Below are positions 24,214-36,280 of a stretch of DNA of 64,000 nucleotides, one piece after another. The stretch is from Isurus oxyrinchus. Taxonomy: Eukaryota. The stretch covers positions 79,732,001 to 79,796,000 of the forward strand of contig JANJGN010000019.1 in NCBI GenBank assembly GCA_026770705.1. The letters are read 5' to 3'. Below the pieces are notes generated by a model. That model was not told the origin of the DNA and searched no databases. It was given only the letters and a program-made list of their open reading frames with translations. Positions within the stretch are counted from its first letter, which is position 1; the number at the start of each line of letters is the position of its first letter. A program made the translations under genes and the position numbers.

Positions 24214-25932
24214 TGTGTGTGGGGGGGGGGGGGCGGTGGGGGGGAGAGACAGGTGAAGCTGGATAGAAGGCAATTGATAGGTGGAGGCAAGGAAGAGATT
24301 GCCAAAGATGTCATAAACAAAAGATCGAAGGGGTGTTGATGGTGGTGATGCTGGCTAAAGGAGGTGCTAATGGTGACGAGTAGAAAGCAGGATGAGCAAG
24401 TGCCCTAGTGAGGTTGGGGTGGAGGAGGGGATGGTGTGGGAGTAAAGATAGAAAAAGGCTAAAAGCTGGGGAAAAAACAATGAATGGAAATAAATTTTAA
24501 AAATAATAATAGAAATAAGTGGGGGAAAATATTTACATATAAAAATTACAAATTAAATATTGAAAAAAGGGGATCAAAAAGGGGTGAGGATGGAGGAGAG
24601 TGTTCATGATCTGAAGCTTTTGAACTCGAAGTTAAGTCAGGAAGATGAGGTGCTTTTCCTCCAGTTTGCATAGGGCTTCATTGAAACATTGCAGCAGGCC
24701 AAGGACGGACATGTGGACATGAGAGCAGGATGGTGTGTTGAAATGGCAAGCGACAGGAAGGTCTGGGTCATGCTTGCGGACAGACCGAAGGTGTTCTGCA
24801 AATTGGTCATCCAGTCTGCGTTTGGCCTCTCCAATGTAGAGGAGACCACAGTGGGAGCAGCGAATGCAGCAGACCAAATTGAGGGAAGTGCAAGGAGCGT
24901 TTGGGCCCTTGGACGTTGAGGAGGGGGGAAGTAAAGGGGCAGGTGTTGCAACTTCTGTGATTGCATGGGAAGGTGCCGTGGGAGGGGGTTGAGGTATAGG
25001 GGGTGATGGAGGAGTGGACCAGGATATCTCAGAGGGAACGGTTCCTATGAATGCCAGCGGGGGGGACAGAAGGGAAGATCTGTTTGGTGGCATCATGCTG
25101 GATTTGGTGGAAATGGAGGATAATGATCCTTTGAATGCGGAGGCTGGTGGGATGAAAAGTGAGGACAAGGGGTACTCTATTATGGTCCTGGAAGGGAGAG
25201 GCACTGAAGATGGGTTGGACATGGTTGAGGGCTCTGTCAACCACCGTGGGTGGAAAACCTCAGTTAAGGAAGAAGGAAGACATGTCAGAAGCACTGTTTT
25301 GGAAAATGGCATCATCGGAACAGTTGTGACGGAGGCAAAGGAACTGAGAGAATGGGATGGAGTCCTTACAGGAAGCAGGGTGTGAGGAGCTGTAGTCGAG
25401 GTAGCTGTGGGAGCCGGTGGGCTTGTAATGAATATTGTTGGACAGTCTATCACCAGAAATGGAGACAGAGGTCAAGAAAGGGAAGGGAAGTATCAGATGG
25501 ACCATGTGAAAGTGATGGAGGGGTGAAAATTGGAAGCAAAATTAATAAATTTTTCCAGGTCCAGACGAGAGCATGAGGTGGCACTGAAACAGTCATCGAT
25601 GTACCGGAGAAAGAGTTGTGGAATGGGGCCTGAGTAGGATTGGAAGAAGGAATCTTCCACATACTCCATAAAGAGACAGGCATAACCGGGGCCCATGCAG
25701 GTACCCATAGCCAATCCTTTTATCTGGAGAAAATGATACAAGTTTAAGGAGAAATTATTCAGTGAGATAACAAGTTCAGCCAGACGGAGCAAGAGACCAT
25801 CCCCCACCAGGATGGTCTGAGGGCTCTCTGCTTCTTCCTGGAACAGAGGCCCGAGCAATCCCCAAACACCGCCACTCTCCTCCGTCTGGCTGAATTTGTT
25901 CTCTCACTGAATAATTTCTCCTTAAACTTGTC
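24214..25932 (-). mobile_element. Neptune-type PLE copy C, older, lacking its terminal ~190 bp, with a short 5' inversion
   Basis: Decayed RT and GIY-YIG on - (25795 to 24610); 25797-25932 is an upstream RT segment in + orientation. Confidence 0.9.
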
Positions 25933-26713
25933 TGCTGTTAAAAGCAGCAGATGTGTTTGTAAAACTGTTAGATGCTACTTGGATTGATAGATTGATTTAT
26001 TCATATTTACAGTGACCCTTAATGGAGTGTACTTCATGGCTTTTTTCCACTGTTTGCTGAATTAGTGAATTAAACAAGGGCTAAACTCCTTATTAATACA
26101 TGAACGTTAAAGGGCTAGTTGGAAACATTTTTTCACGAAGCGTTATTGGGATTGTTATAATCAGTTAGGGACTGCTAACATTTAAAGAGAAATCTGAACA
26201 GTTCAACTAAATGAATAATGCCACAAGATTTAACATGAACACACTACGGTTATTTATTTCTGTAGGGCCCACTCATAGGTATGCAGTCCTCTGGAAACTA
26301 TCTAATTCTTCTCAGCTATAGCTTTCTCGGAGGTAAAACTTTCATTCACTATCTTTTGACTGTGGAGGCCTCAATCCCTGATCTGGTTACTTTTTGATAT
26401 TTCCAAGCTAATTCAGCTGATTACTTTCTTTTGCTACAAGACAGAGGCCCACTGCAGATTCCTCCCACTAGCTTCAAACTAGACAATCTTCCAGCTTCTG
26501 TCCCCCCTCAAAATTCAAATTGAGATTAAACCTTCCCTGCAGCGAATGAAGAAGTTTGTTTTTTGCTCTGCTATAGCGTAGGCCTATCTAACTATCATTT
26601 ACTTCAGCTATAAAAACAAAAAAACTGCGGATGCTGGAAATCCAAAACAAAAACAAAAACAGAATTCCCTGGAAAAACTCAGCAGGTCTGGCAGCATCGG
26701 CGGAGAAGAAAAG

Positions 26714-26752
26714 AGTTGACGTTTCGAGTCCTCATGACCCTTCGACAGAACT
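26714..26752 (-). ncRNA. Minimal type I hammerhead ribozyme motif (PLE-associated, A6U variant)
   Basis: AGUU-CUGUCGA-A-GGGUC augag GACUC-GAAA-CG-UC-AACU: 4-bp stem I, 5-bp stem II, palindromic ACGU in place of stem III. Confidence 0.7.
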
Positions 26753-26815
26753 TGAGTTCGAGTCCAAGAAAGAGTTGAAATATAAGCTGGTTTAAGGTGT
26801 GTGTGTGGGGGGGCG

Positions 26816-26848
<33 letters not shown>

Positions 26849-27148
26849 GTTGGTGTTGGTGGGGGGGGGGTGATGTGGTTGTATGGACAAACAAGCAGTG
26901 ATAGAAGCAGATCATCAAAAGATGTCAACAACAATAGTACAAAAGAACACATAGGTGTTAAAGTTGGTGATATTATCTAAACGAATGTGCTAATTAAGAA
27001 TGCAAGGTAGGGCACTCAAGGTATAGCTCTAGTGGGGGTGTTTTTTTTTAAATAATGGAAATAGGTGGGAAAAGGAAAATCTTTATAATTTATTGGAAAA
27101 AAAAAAGGAAGGGGGAAACAGAAAGGGGGTCGGGATGGGGGAGGGAGC

Positions 27149-29900
27149 TCATGACCTAAAGTTGTTGAATTCAATATTCAGTCCGGAAGGCTGTAAAGTG
27201 CCTAGTCGGAAGATGAGGTGTTGTTCCTCCAGTTTGCGTTGGGCTTCACTGGAACAATGCAGCAAGCCAAGGACAGACATATGGGCAAGAGAGCAGGGTG
27301 GAGTGTTAAAATGGCAAGCGACAGGGAGGTTTGAGTCATTCTTGCGGACAGACCGCAGGTGTTCTGCAAAGCGGTCGCCCAGTTTACGTTTGGTCTCTCC
27401 AATGTAGAGGAGACCACATTGGGAGCAACGAATGCAGTAGACTAAATTGGGGGAAATGCAAGTGAAATGCTGCTTCACTTGAAAGGAGTGTTTGGGTCCT
27501 TGGACGGTGAGGAGAGAGGAAGTGAAGGGGCAGGTGTTGCATCTTTTGCGTGGGCATGGGGTGGTGCCATAGGAAGGGGTTGAGGAGTAGGGGGTGATGG
27601 AGGAGTGGACCAGGGTGTCCCAGAAGGAGCGATCCCTACGGAATGCCGATAGGGGGGGTGAAGGGAAGATGTGTTTGGTGGTGGCATCATGCTGGAGCTG
27701 GCGGAAATGGTGGAGGATGATCCTTTGAATGCGGAGGCTGGTGGGGTGATAAGTGAGGACAAGGGGGACCCTATCATGTTTCTGGGAGGGAGGAGAAGGC
27801 ATGAGGGCGGATGCGCGGGAGATGGGCCGGACACGGTTGAGGGCCCTGTCAATGACCGTGGGTGGAAAACCTCAGTTAAGGAAGAAGGAGGACATGTCAG
27901 AGGAACTGTTTTTGAAGGTAGCATCATCGGAACAGATGCGACGGAGGCGAAGGAACTGAGAGAATGGGATGGAGTCCTTACAGGAAGCGGGGTGTGAGGA
28001 GCTGTAGTCGAGGTAGCTGTGGGAGTCGGTGGGTTTGTAATGGATATTGGTGGACAGTCTATCACCAGAGATTGAGACAGAGAGGTCAAGGAAGGGAAGG
28101 GAAGTGTCAGAGATGGACCACGTGAAAATGATGGAGGGGTGGAGATTGGAAGCAAAATTAAAAAATTTTTCCAAGTCCCGATGAGAGCATGAAGTGGCAC
28201 CGAAGTAATCATCGATGTACCGGAGAAAGAGTTGTGGAAGGGGGCCGGAGTCGGACTGGAACAAGGAATGTTCCACATACCCCATAAAGAAACAGGCATA
28301 GCTGGGGCCCATGCGGGTACCCATAGCCACACCTTTTATTTGGAGGAAGTGAGAGGAGTTGAAGGAGAAATTGTTCAGCGTGAGAACAAGTTCAGCCAGA
28401 CGGAGGAGAGTAGTGGTGGATGGGGATTGTTCGGGCCTCTGTTCGAGGAAGAAGCTAAGGGCCCTCAGACCTCCTGGTAGGGGATGGAGGTGTAGAGGGA
28501 TTGGACGTCCATGGTGAAGAGGAAGCGGTTGGGGCCAGGGAACTGGAAATTGTTGATGTGACGTAAGGTGTCGGAGGAATCACGGATGTAGGTGGGAAGG
28601 GACTGGACAAGGGGAGAGAGAAGGGAGTCAAGATAACAAGAAATGAGTTCTGTGGGGCAGGAGCAAGCTGAGACGATCGGTCTACCGGGTCTGTTCTGTT
28701 TGTGGATTTTGGGTAGAAGATAGAAGCGGGCCGTCCGAGGTTGGGCGACTATCAGGTTGGAAGCTGTGGGAGGGAGATCCCCAGAGGAGATGAGGTCAGT
28801 GACAGTCCTGGAAACAATGGCTTGATGTTCAGTGTTGGGGTCATGGTCCAGGGAGAGGTAGGAGGAAGTGTCTGCGAGTTGACGCTCAGCCTCCGCGAGG
28901 TAGAGGTCAGTGCGCCAGACAACAACAGCACCACCCTTGTCAGTGGGTTTGATGACAATGTCAGGGTTGGACCTGAGAGAATGGAGTGCAGTAAGTTCAG
29001 AGAGAGACAGGTTAGAATGGGTGAGAGGAGCAGAGAAATTGAGACGACTAATGTCGCGCCGACAGTTCTCAATGAAAAGATCAAGAGAAGGTAAGAATCC
29101 AGAGGGAGGGGTCCAGGTGGAGGGAGAATATTGGCGATGGGTAAAAGGATCCGTTGAACTGGGAGAGGACTCCTGCCCAAAGAAGTGAGCCCGGAGACGA
29201 AGACGGCGGAAGAAGAGTTCAGCATCATGCCGAGCCCGAAATACATTGAGGTGAGGGCGTAAGGGTATGAAACTAAATCCTTTGCTGAGCACTGAACGTT
29301 CAGCATCGGAGAGGGGAAGGTCAGGGGGTATAGTGAATACACGGCTGGGGTAGGGACTGGAAGAAAGGGTGGGGATGGAGGGACAGGCAGGGGTGGAGGG
29401 TCCTAGATGGGTGTTGGTGTCGTTGAGTTGTTGGAGCTTGCGTTCCTTAGCATTTGAGAGAAAGAGAAAAAGTTCCTTGTTGAGGCGTCCGATGAGCCGA
29501 AGGATAAAAACTGGGGGCACGCGCAGCTTTGAAACAGGGTACGGCGGCGCTGCTGGAGGGAGAGGTCGAGTGTGTTCATATGACGGCGCATGGCACTGAG
29601 TGTGGATTTCAGAATGTAACGGGAACAGCAGTCCGAGAAACGTTTTATGTCCCGGAGATACCTGTAATCCTGGGTGGGTTCGAAACATGAGGGGTGGAAT
29701 TTCAGTTGAAATCCACGTGGGGTAAGTCGGAGATGGAGACAGTCACTGAGAAAGGAGATATGGTTGTGAAAGCAAGTTTTAGTAAACACCTTGTCAAACA
29801 CCAGGAGGGAAATGGAAAGCAAGGAAGGTGAGCAGGGCAAAAGAGAGGAACAGAAATCTTGTCGCAGAAAAGAACAGAACTTCTTCAAGGAGGTAGGCAT
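27149..29900 (-). pseudogene. PLE RT / GIY-YIG endonuclease ORF (~915-920 codons) with about two frameshifts and one nonsense codon
   Basis: Stitched ORFs 29403-29924, 28465-29688, 27872-28330 and 27149-27802: HISFLSDC..TPRGF, VLSKGFSF, IKPTDKGG, YLLPKIHK, YIDD, CPRKRCNTC, LVYCIRC..LYIGET, GLN; 1-bp deletion near 28470 relative to copy B; TGA at 27872. Confidence 0.92.
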
Positions 29901-30038
29901 TTCTTGAACAGCAGTGGCAGTCAATTAAACACAGATAAAAACAAAAAAACTGCGGATGCTGGAAATCCAAAACAAAAACAAAAACAGAATTACCTGGAAA
30001 AACTCAGCAGGTCTCGCAGCATCGGCGGAGAAGAAAAG

Positions 30039-30077
30039 AGTTGACGTTTCGAATCCTCATGACCCTTCCACAGAACT
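30039..30077 (-). ncRNA. Minimal hammerhead motif in the 5' pseudo-LTR of copy D
   Basis: AGUU-CUGUGGA-A-GGGUC augag GAUUC-GAAA-CG-UC-AACU. Confidence 0.65.
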
Positions 30078-30806
30078 TGAGTTCGAGTCCAAGAAAGAGT
30101 TGAAATATAAGCTGGTTTAAGGTGTGTGTGTGCTATCTTAGTGAGCTGAAAACTACATACACTAGTTCCAAACTGCAACTAACTTTTCCAGCAAATGCTC
30201 AGATAAATTAAAATAAGAGAATCTTCCTCCACTGTACCCATCTCCATTATGACATAGCATGCTCTGCAATGTCCTCAAACTGACCTTTAGATTAAGTATC
30301 CCCAATTTGCAATTTTTTGTTTGATCCAAAGGATGCAAATGTGCAAATGGGTTTTACAACTATTCATGGTTCACTGAATGAATGCTTTTGAACTAATTTA
30401 GCTCTATCTCCCAAAACAAAATCATCTTTCTGGAATTCCCTTGTTCTTGCAAGCATTGCAGACATCTTGTCTCCAGTTCTTTCATTAAGTAAGCCCACCT
30501 GCTGTTTTATGGTTCTCGCTCTATTCTATTCTGGTTTTTTAATCAAACATGCCATTTCTTGAGATTTTCAGCTTTTTAATTACCTTACCTTTACAAAAAG
30601 GTTAACATGAACCATGAACTAGATATTCACAAGAATGCTTTAATGTTGATAGCTTTGAAAGCTGAGTCAATCATATTTAATGAGGAATTAGGTAAATATT
30701 AAAGTAGGAGTTGGCACAGATGCAATAACCTTTCTATGGTGAAAATTCCCTATCAACATTTTCCTGCAAAAAAAATCAAAGTTATTTTTGGTTTATTTCT
30801 CTCCAG

Positions 30807-30915
30807 GAAAGGTTGAAGTTGGTGACGGTTCTTGGTGCTGGACTTCTGTGTGGCACTGCTCTAGCAGTCATCGTTCCTGAAGGGGTTCACGCACTCTACG
30901 AGGATGCTCTGCATG
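30807..30915 (+). CDS. SLC39A9: Zinc transporter ZIP9, coding exon 2
   Basis: ctccag acceptor and G|gtaag donor; 109 nt; translates [36 protein letters not shown], near-identical to vertebrate ZIP9. Confidence 0.97.
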
Positions 30916-31129
30916 GTAAGGTTTAGTTCCAAAGCCCAGTCCTGTTTGAAAGCACTGCAGTGCACAGAATGAAAGTAACTATATGCCCTATAATCATTAG
31001 GCCAATAAATTTGTTCTTGATTAATGACTGCACTGTCACGACTGATCCGATTAATTTAAACAGCACTAATTTCTCCTCTCACCGCCCATCTGTAAACAAA
31101 GGCATTTTGATTTGTTTCCCTTTTTATAA

Positions 31130-32025
31130 ATGGTGGCATATTTCCCAACCCCTCAGTTTGATGCAATCTGATTTTCTATTAATAACCCCACAACAAACCT
31201 GAGATACCTGACAGAACTCAAAGAGTCAGTTTATTTGCAGACAAAATGCGAAAAGAGCGTTCAAAACATCCCCCTCCCCTCCAGACTAATCAGAGGGATA
31301 AAGGAAAGAAATATTGTTTCACATGGGTTTCAAAGTCCAGAATCAGAGTCCAATGAGGTATTCCTTCACTGAAGTTGGTGGGCTGAAAACCGATGTTGTA
31401 GAATTCCCTTTTCTGGCAGTGTTCACCTCAGAAGATGAAATAGGTGTGCAGAGATGAATCAATCTTCTAGGTAACAGCACAGAACTTCCGAGAGAAGTAG
31501 GGTAAGTGGGGCCATGTGTTCAACCTAGGCCAGAGCTCCTTGAGTGTGGTCTCCAAGTCAGATGTTAAACAGCATACTGAGCTATGTGGTTCAGCAAGGC
31601 AATATTACTTGTTTCACAAGCCAGAGGCCCATGTCACATGACTCCCCAACTCTCACCATCTTTGACAAAGGATGTGTATCCATTGTCTGGATTCCAAAGA
31701 GTCTTAACCATTAGGAATTGAAAGGAAGGTTGTGGGGCCTTTACCTTTGCAGATGACCAATCTCCTGGCCAGTCTGGGTTATTAAATGCAGATGGCCTTG
31801 GGCATAGCTCTTTGAAGTTGGGCTATACAGTCCACAGGAGGTCATCAGTGGCTTCTCAGAGATAACGAGGTGTGAGTTTTCCTAAAACTGCCAAGTGACT
31901 TCTTTTGTTCAGAAGTCACCCACAGTTTCAGCTATTTTAAAGGTCATTATTCAGTTTTTTAAATTTTAGAAAGCTATGAGCATAAAAATATACATTGAGG
32001 TCTTAGTCCCTCATGCATACCAGAG
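31130..32025. mobile_element. Possible solo LTR / unclassified interspersed repeat
   Basis: TGGT..ACCA ends, minus-strand AATAAA, GTCACATGAC motif shared with LTR 10076-11651; no TSD found. Confidence 0.3.
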
Positions 32026-32776
32026 TGTAGGTGGCTAATTTATTAGGTTAAAAAGGTCATCAGAGCCATTACAGGTGAATTTGGACCATCTAATGTCCAA
32101 TCTTATGAATTATTTTGGCACTGTAGAGATCAAGACCAATTGTATTCTTCAAGTGACTTGGAGTAAGAGAGCAATGGCTGAATGGACCAGGACACAAATC
32201 TAATTCAGTCAATATTTTAAAGTCAAAGTTTGGTTCTTTATTTTTACAAGATGCTTTGTCTTGATTATTTAAATTTAAATAGAAAAAAAATACCCTCAGA
32301 GAAGTGGAGTTGATTGGAGTTTAAGTATTTCTCACGATGGCATGCCTTTGCTGACTCTTTGAAAGAGTAGTCCTGTTTTTTGGCCTTAAATCTAAGTACT
32401 TGTCCAACTCCCTTAAAATTATTTTTGGAAGCAGCTTTCACCATCTTTCCAGATACACGGATGGAGGGGGGTAAAAGAATGGAGGAATTTCTCCTCATCT
32501 TCCCTCTAGGTGTCTTTCCGGTGGCTTTAAATCTGTGACCTCTGGTTGTTTGCTCTTCAGGTAATAATTTTTCCCTATCTTGCAAGCCTCTTTTTAGCTC
32601 ACCTCTTAACCTTCACTGCTCCAAGGAAAACAGTCCTACCTTATCCACCCTCTCTTCATAACTGAAGTCCCACCTCCCTCATAACATCCTAGGAGACCTT
32701 TTCCGACCCCTTTTTAAGTCCTTGACATCTTTCCTGAAGTGTGGTGTCAGGAACTGAGACCTAACCATTGAGTAAT

Positions 32777-32828
32777 TGTCAGGAAGATATAATAATTCTC
32801 AATGTTATTGGAATTTATTGTAAAATAG

Positions 32829-32898
<70 letters not shown>

Positions 32899-33700
32899 CT
32901 TAATTGGATTAAAGGCAGCTGGTCTCAAAGCTTTGATGTGATAGAAGATGAGCTAGGTTTGAAGTGTTAAATAGGTAAGCACAGGTGTCAAGGGAACATT
33001 TGCATTTTGAAATAAACCAGCCTAGATTGGTTAGTGGGAGTGAAATGTGTCACCAGGCCAGGTGGAGTTCAGAAACTTTATTTTTCTCACAGTTTACTAG
33101 TAAAACTTAATACAATGAGAGATTTTTATTATCAGAAAGGCATAGTCCAACGATACATCCAAAGGGGAAAATAGGTTTAAAGGAGCGACGGCTGTGTGCA
33201 AGGGGTAGGCATTTTAGGATCCAACAAGTGTGAAAAGCTGCTGTCATCAAAGAACTAAGTTAAGAAAACTCACTTTGAATTAGACTGGTTCAGGGTATTG
33301 TGTGTCACCTTGCCTGGGTCTTTTAAAATCTATGTGTCTGTTGCCTTAATGAAAGTGTAACAGAGTTAAATTAATTAGGGGATAGTAATTTGTAAATGTG
33401 TGTGCTTAAAAATCATTTTTCTTAATAAATATTTAATCCTTCCCTAAAGACATTAGTAAACCAGATGGGCTTTTACACCAATCGACAATGGGTTTATTAG
33501 ACTTTTAAGTCCAGATTTTTATTGAGTTCAAATTCCACCACCATGGCAGAATTTGAACCCAGGTCCCCAAAGTATTATCCTGGGTTTCTGGATTACAGTC
33601 CAGCGACAATACCACTATGCTATCACCTCCCCTGTGACAGTTGCTTCAAGTTTCCCTTTGGGATTTGAACAGTGCAGCATTTACCACCAGCTGTGCCATA
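32777..33700 (+). mobile_element. LTR-like insertion containing (GT)n and a nested SINE (33435-33635)
   Basis: Interrupts the CR1; has AATAAA and LTR-like composition; termini and TSD not resolved. Confidence 0.4.
32831..32894. repeat. (GT)32 microsatellite
   Basis: Perfect dinucleotide run. Confidence 0.98.
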
Positions 33701-34286
33701 AAGTTGTAGCTTGATGTAATTGCTTTTATATTCTATTCCTCTGCTTATAAAACCAAGTAAGCCGTGTGCATATTTTTAACCACCTTACTAATTTGTCCTG
33801 CCAGCTATAAGGATTTGTGTAGATGGACATCAAGGTCTCTGCTCATCTACACTTTTCAAAATTGTTTCTAAAAACGTATAGTTTACAGACTTACCAGATC
33901 AGTCATCCTAAAGTGCATCATGTCATACTTCTTCACGTTGAGCTCAATCTGCCATGTTCTGCACATTGCACCATCCTGTCCATTATTCTGAAGCTATAAC
34001 TATTGTCATCATGAACTGCTACCTTGTCATGACTTATCATCTGTAAGCTTTACAGTGCTGCTCCCTACACCCAAGTCTAGGCTGTTAATAAGAATTTACA
34101 ATGTGTAATGTATCCAAAACTGACCCTTGGGGAACACTATTGCAAATCACTTTCTAGCCTGACAAACACTATCCAACACTATCCTTTGCTTCCTAAAACT
34201 GAGCCAATTTTGAATCCATATTGCCAATTTCCCCTTAATTCCAATGGTCTTCCATCTTCATAATCATACCTTTCAAAAGTCCATGT

Positions 34287-35563
34287 TGTTAATAGATCAA
34301 AACTTATCTTGTTGTTGGGCAGAGGTCAGGAACAACAAATCCCGACATGTCTGTTAAACTCATTGCTCATTTGCTGAATAAAGGACAAACCTGGAGCCAG
34401 TATTTTTCTTAACATAGGTTTGTTCACAAAACCCAGAGACCATAGCCACAGGCTTCCTTTTCCTCTTACCCACACAGGGTGGAAACCGGTTCTTATATAC
34501 TTAAGAATAATTCCCTAATCCTTCTCCAATTAGTAACCGCTGCTCACACTTACAAACTAAAGCATGCTTTCATTGCAACAGGGTTCTAACATTAACATTG
34601 CCCTGGGAGTTTATGCACATGTGTGGATCAAGAGTAGGCTATGCATGCACATTCCAGTGTTTTGGAGATCTTTGGGCCAGGGGCAAGTACTCAGTGTGCC
34701 TATAGTGGGTGGGGGAGAGAGGAAGGGAAACCCAATCACGGGACCCAGAAATGGGGCACCATACCAAGAGGGGTTCCAGGATAGAGAGAGGACCAGACAA
34801 GGAGCTACTGGGAGGAGGAGACCATCAGTAGGAACCACCAGGGAGAGAAACCACTGGGGAGAGGAGCAAAGAAAGAGCCTCCAGCAGTAAAAGTGCTACG
34901 GTTGGCAGGCTTTAAATAGTGAGGGCCGGGAGAAGCCCTGGAGAGTAATTAGGCAGGGGAAGATTGATGGCTGTGTGCGGCGGGTCACTGGTAACCCTTT
35001 GGAGCAATGGTGTTCAGCTCAGCATAGCTGAAGAGCTGGAGTTGTGCCTGAGAGTCGGTGCTGGAGTGCAGACTTGGAAATCCAGGGGAACGTAGTCTCA
35101 GGATTGAAATCCTGAGAGGTGAGCAGTTTTGAGGCAGTCTGAGTCAGAACAGCTTTGAGGAAATTCAGAGACTTGATATTCGAAAGTGAAAAGTTTGAAA
35201 TCCCTTATGAGGGTATCAGAGTTTCAATGAGATTGGTTAACTCACTTTACTGATGTTTGGGTAGGTTGCTGAGAAATCTGTGGGATCCATCTTGGTCGCA
35301 TCTGCCATTTATTGTGCAATATAGTGTGTTCAACCAGTTTGCCTGTTAATTCACGCGTATCTCATGTTGATTGAGTATAAGATATATGTTGGAAATTGTT
35401 TTACATTTCTGATTTACTTTTACTGTTCAAAAACTAGAATCTTGTGGCTTTATTCTCTTAGCAAATACCTGGGATCTCAAATTTTGTCTACATTAAACAA
35501 AAAGATATTGGTCCCTACCCAGATCATAACATAAATTTGGGGGTTTGGTCCAGGATCATAACA
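34287..35563 (+). mobile_element. Gypsy-like LTR with retained tRNA-Pro primer binding site
   Basis: TGTTA...GATCATAACA (ends 35531), PBS-like TGGGGGTTTGGTCCAGGAT at 35538-35556, second CATAACA to 35563; 4-bp TSD ATGT at 34283-34286 and 35564-35567. Confidence 0.85.
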
Positions 35564-36280
35564 ATGTACACTGTCTTACCTTGATCAATCTTCTGTTGTC
35601 TCATCAAAGAATTCAGTAAGTTAAGTTATACATCATTTACCCATGATAAATCCATGCTGGCTCTCTTTGATTAACCCATGCCTTCCCAAATGAAACTTTC
35701 TTTTTTCCCTGGTAATTGCTTCCAATAACATCCTGCCATGATGTTAGGCTGATTGGCCTGCAGTTTCATGATTTATCCCCTCTCCCCATTGTTGAATAGT
35801 GGTATAACATGTAGCAGCCCTTCAGTCATGTGGCACTACTGTATCCAAATGTGGATTAAAAGATTGTGTACCAATGCCTCTGCTGTTTCTACATTCTTTT
35901 TTCAGTAACCTAGGATGCATTCTGTCCAGACCAGGTGATTTACAAACTTTCAGTAATACTGATCTTTTTAATACATCTTCTCTAATACATTCTATCTGTT
36001 TATAACTTCCCACTCCTTTTTAGTTTAACCTTCATATCGGCATGCTTGTTTTATGAAGACAGATGCAAAATGCACATTTAATACTTTAACCATGTCCTCT
36101 GCCCCTACATGAGGATTTCTCTTTGGCTCCTTAATAGGCCCAATTTTTTACCTAACTAAACATTTACACTTTGTGTTTTGATATGAAACAATGTAGCATA
36201 TTTAATAACTAAACTATGGGAGATTTCTCTCATCTTGTATAGTTTTAATTAGCAGATCAAAATTACAAATCTAAGCAAGT

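Larger units (their letters stand above)
26608..30131 (-). mobile_element. Near full-length Neptune-type PLE copy D with partial tandem pseudo-LTR
   Basis: 29934-30131 directly repeats 26610-26806; single long ORF region from ATG at 29900 to stop at 27149. Confidence 0.95.
32330..36160 (-). mobile_element. Old CR1 LINE interrupted by nested insertions
   Basis: TRGHRFK, SGVPQGS-like and SPGLDRMHPRLLK remnants on -; continuous across 34287-35563. Confidence 0.75.

Noticed and set aside
26305-26338. TTCTCGGAG|GTAAAA resembling the end of ZIP9 exon 1 (FSE|gt)
   Set aside because: The upstream codons read FFSAIA after an in-frame TAA, with no match to MDDF...IIPLAVN
27872-27874. In-frame TGA shared by PLE copies C and D as possible selenocysteine or readthrough
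   Set aside because: Copy B has CGA (Arg) and copy A has CAA at this codon, which fits recurrent CpG deamination; it is not a Cys position
26606-30134. GCTA as the TSD of PLE copy D
   Set aside because: Only 4 bp and overlapping the (GT)n end; cannot be distinguished from chance
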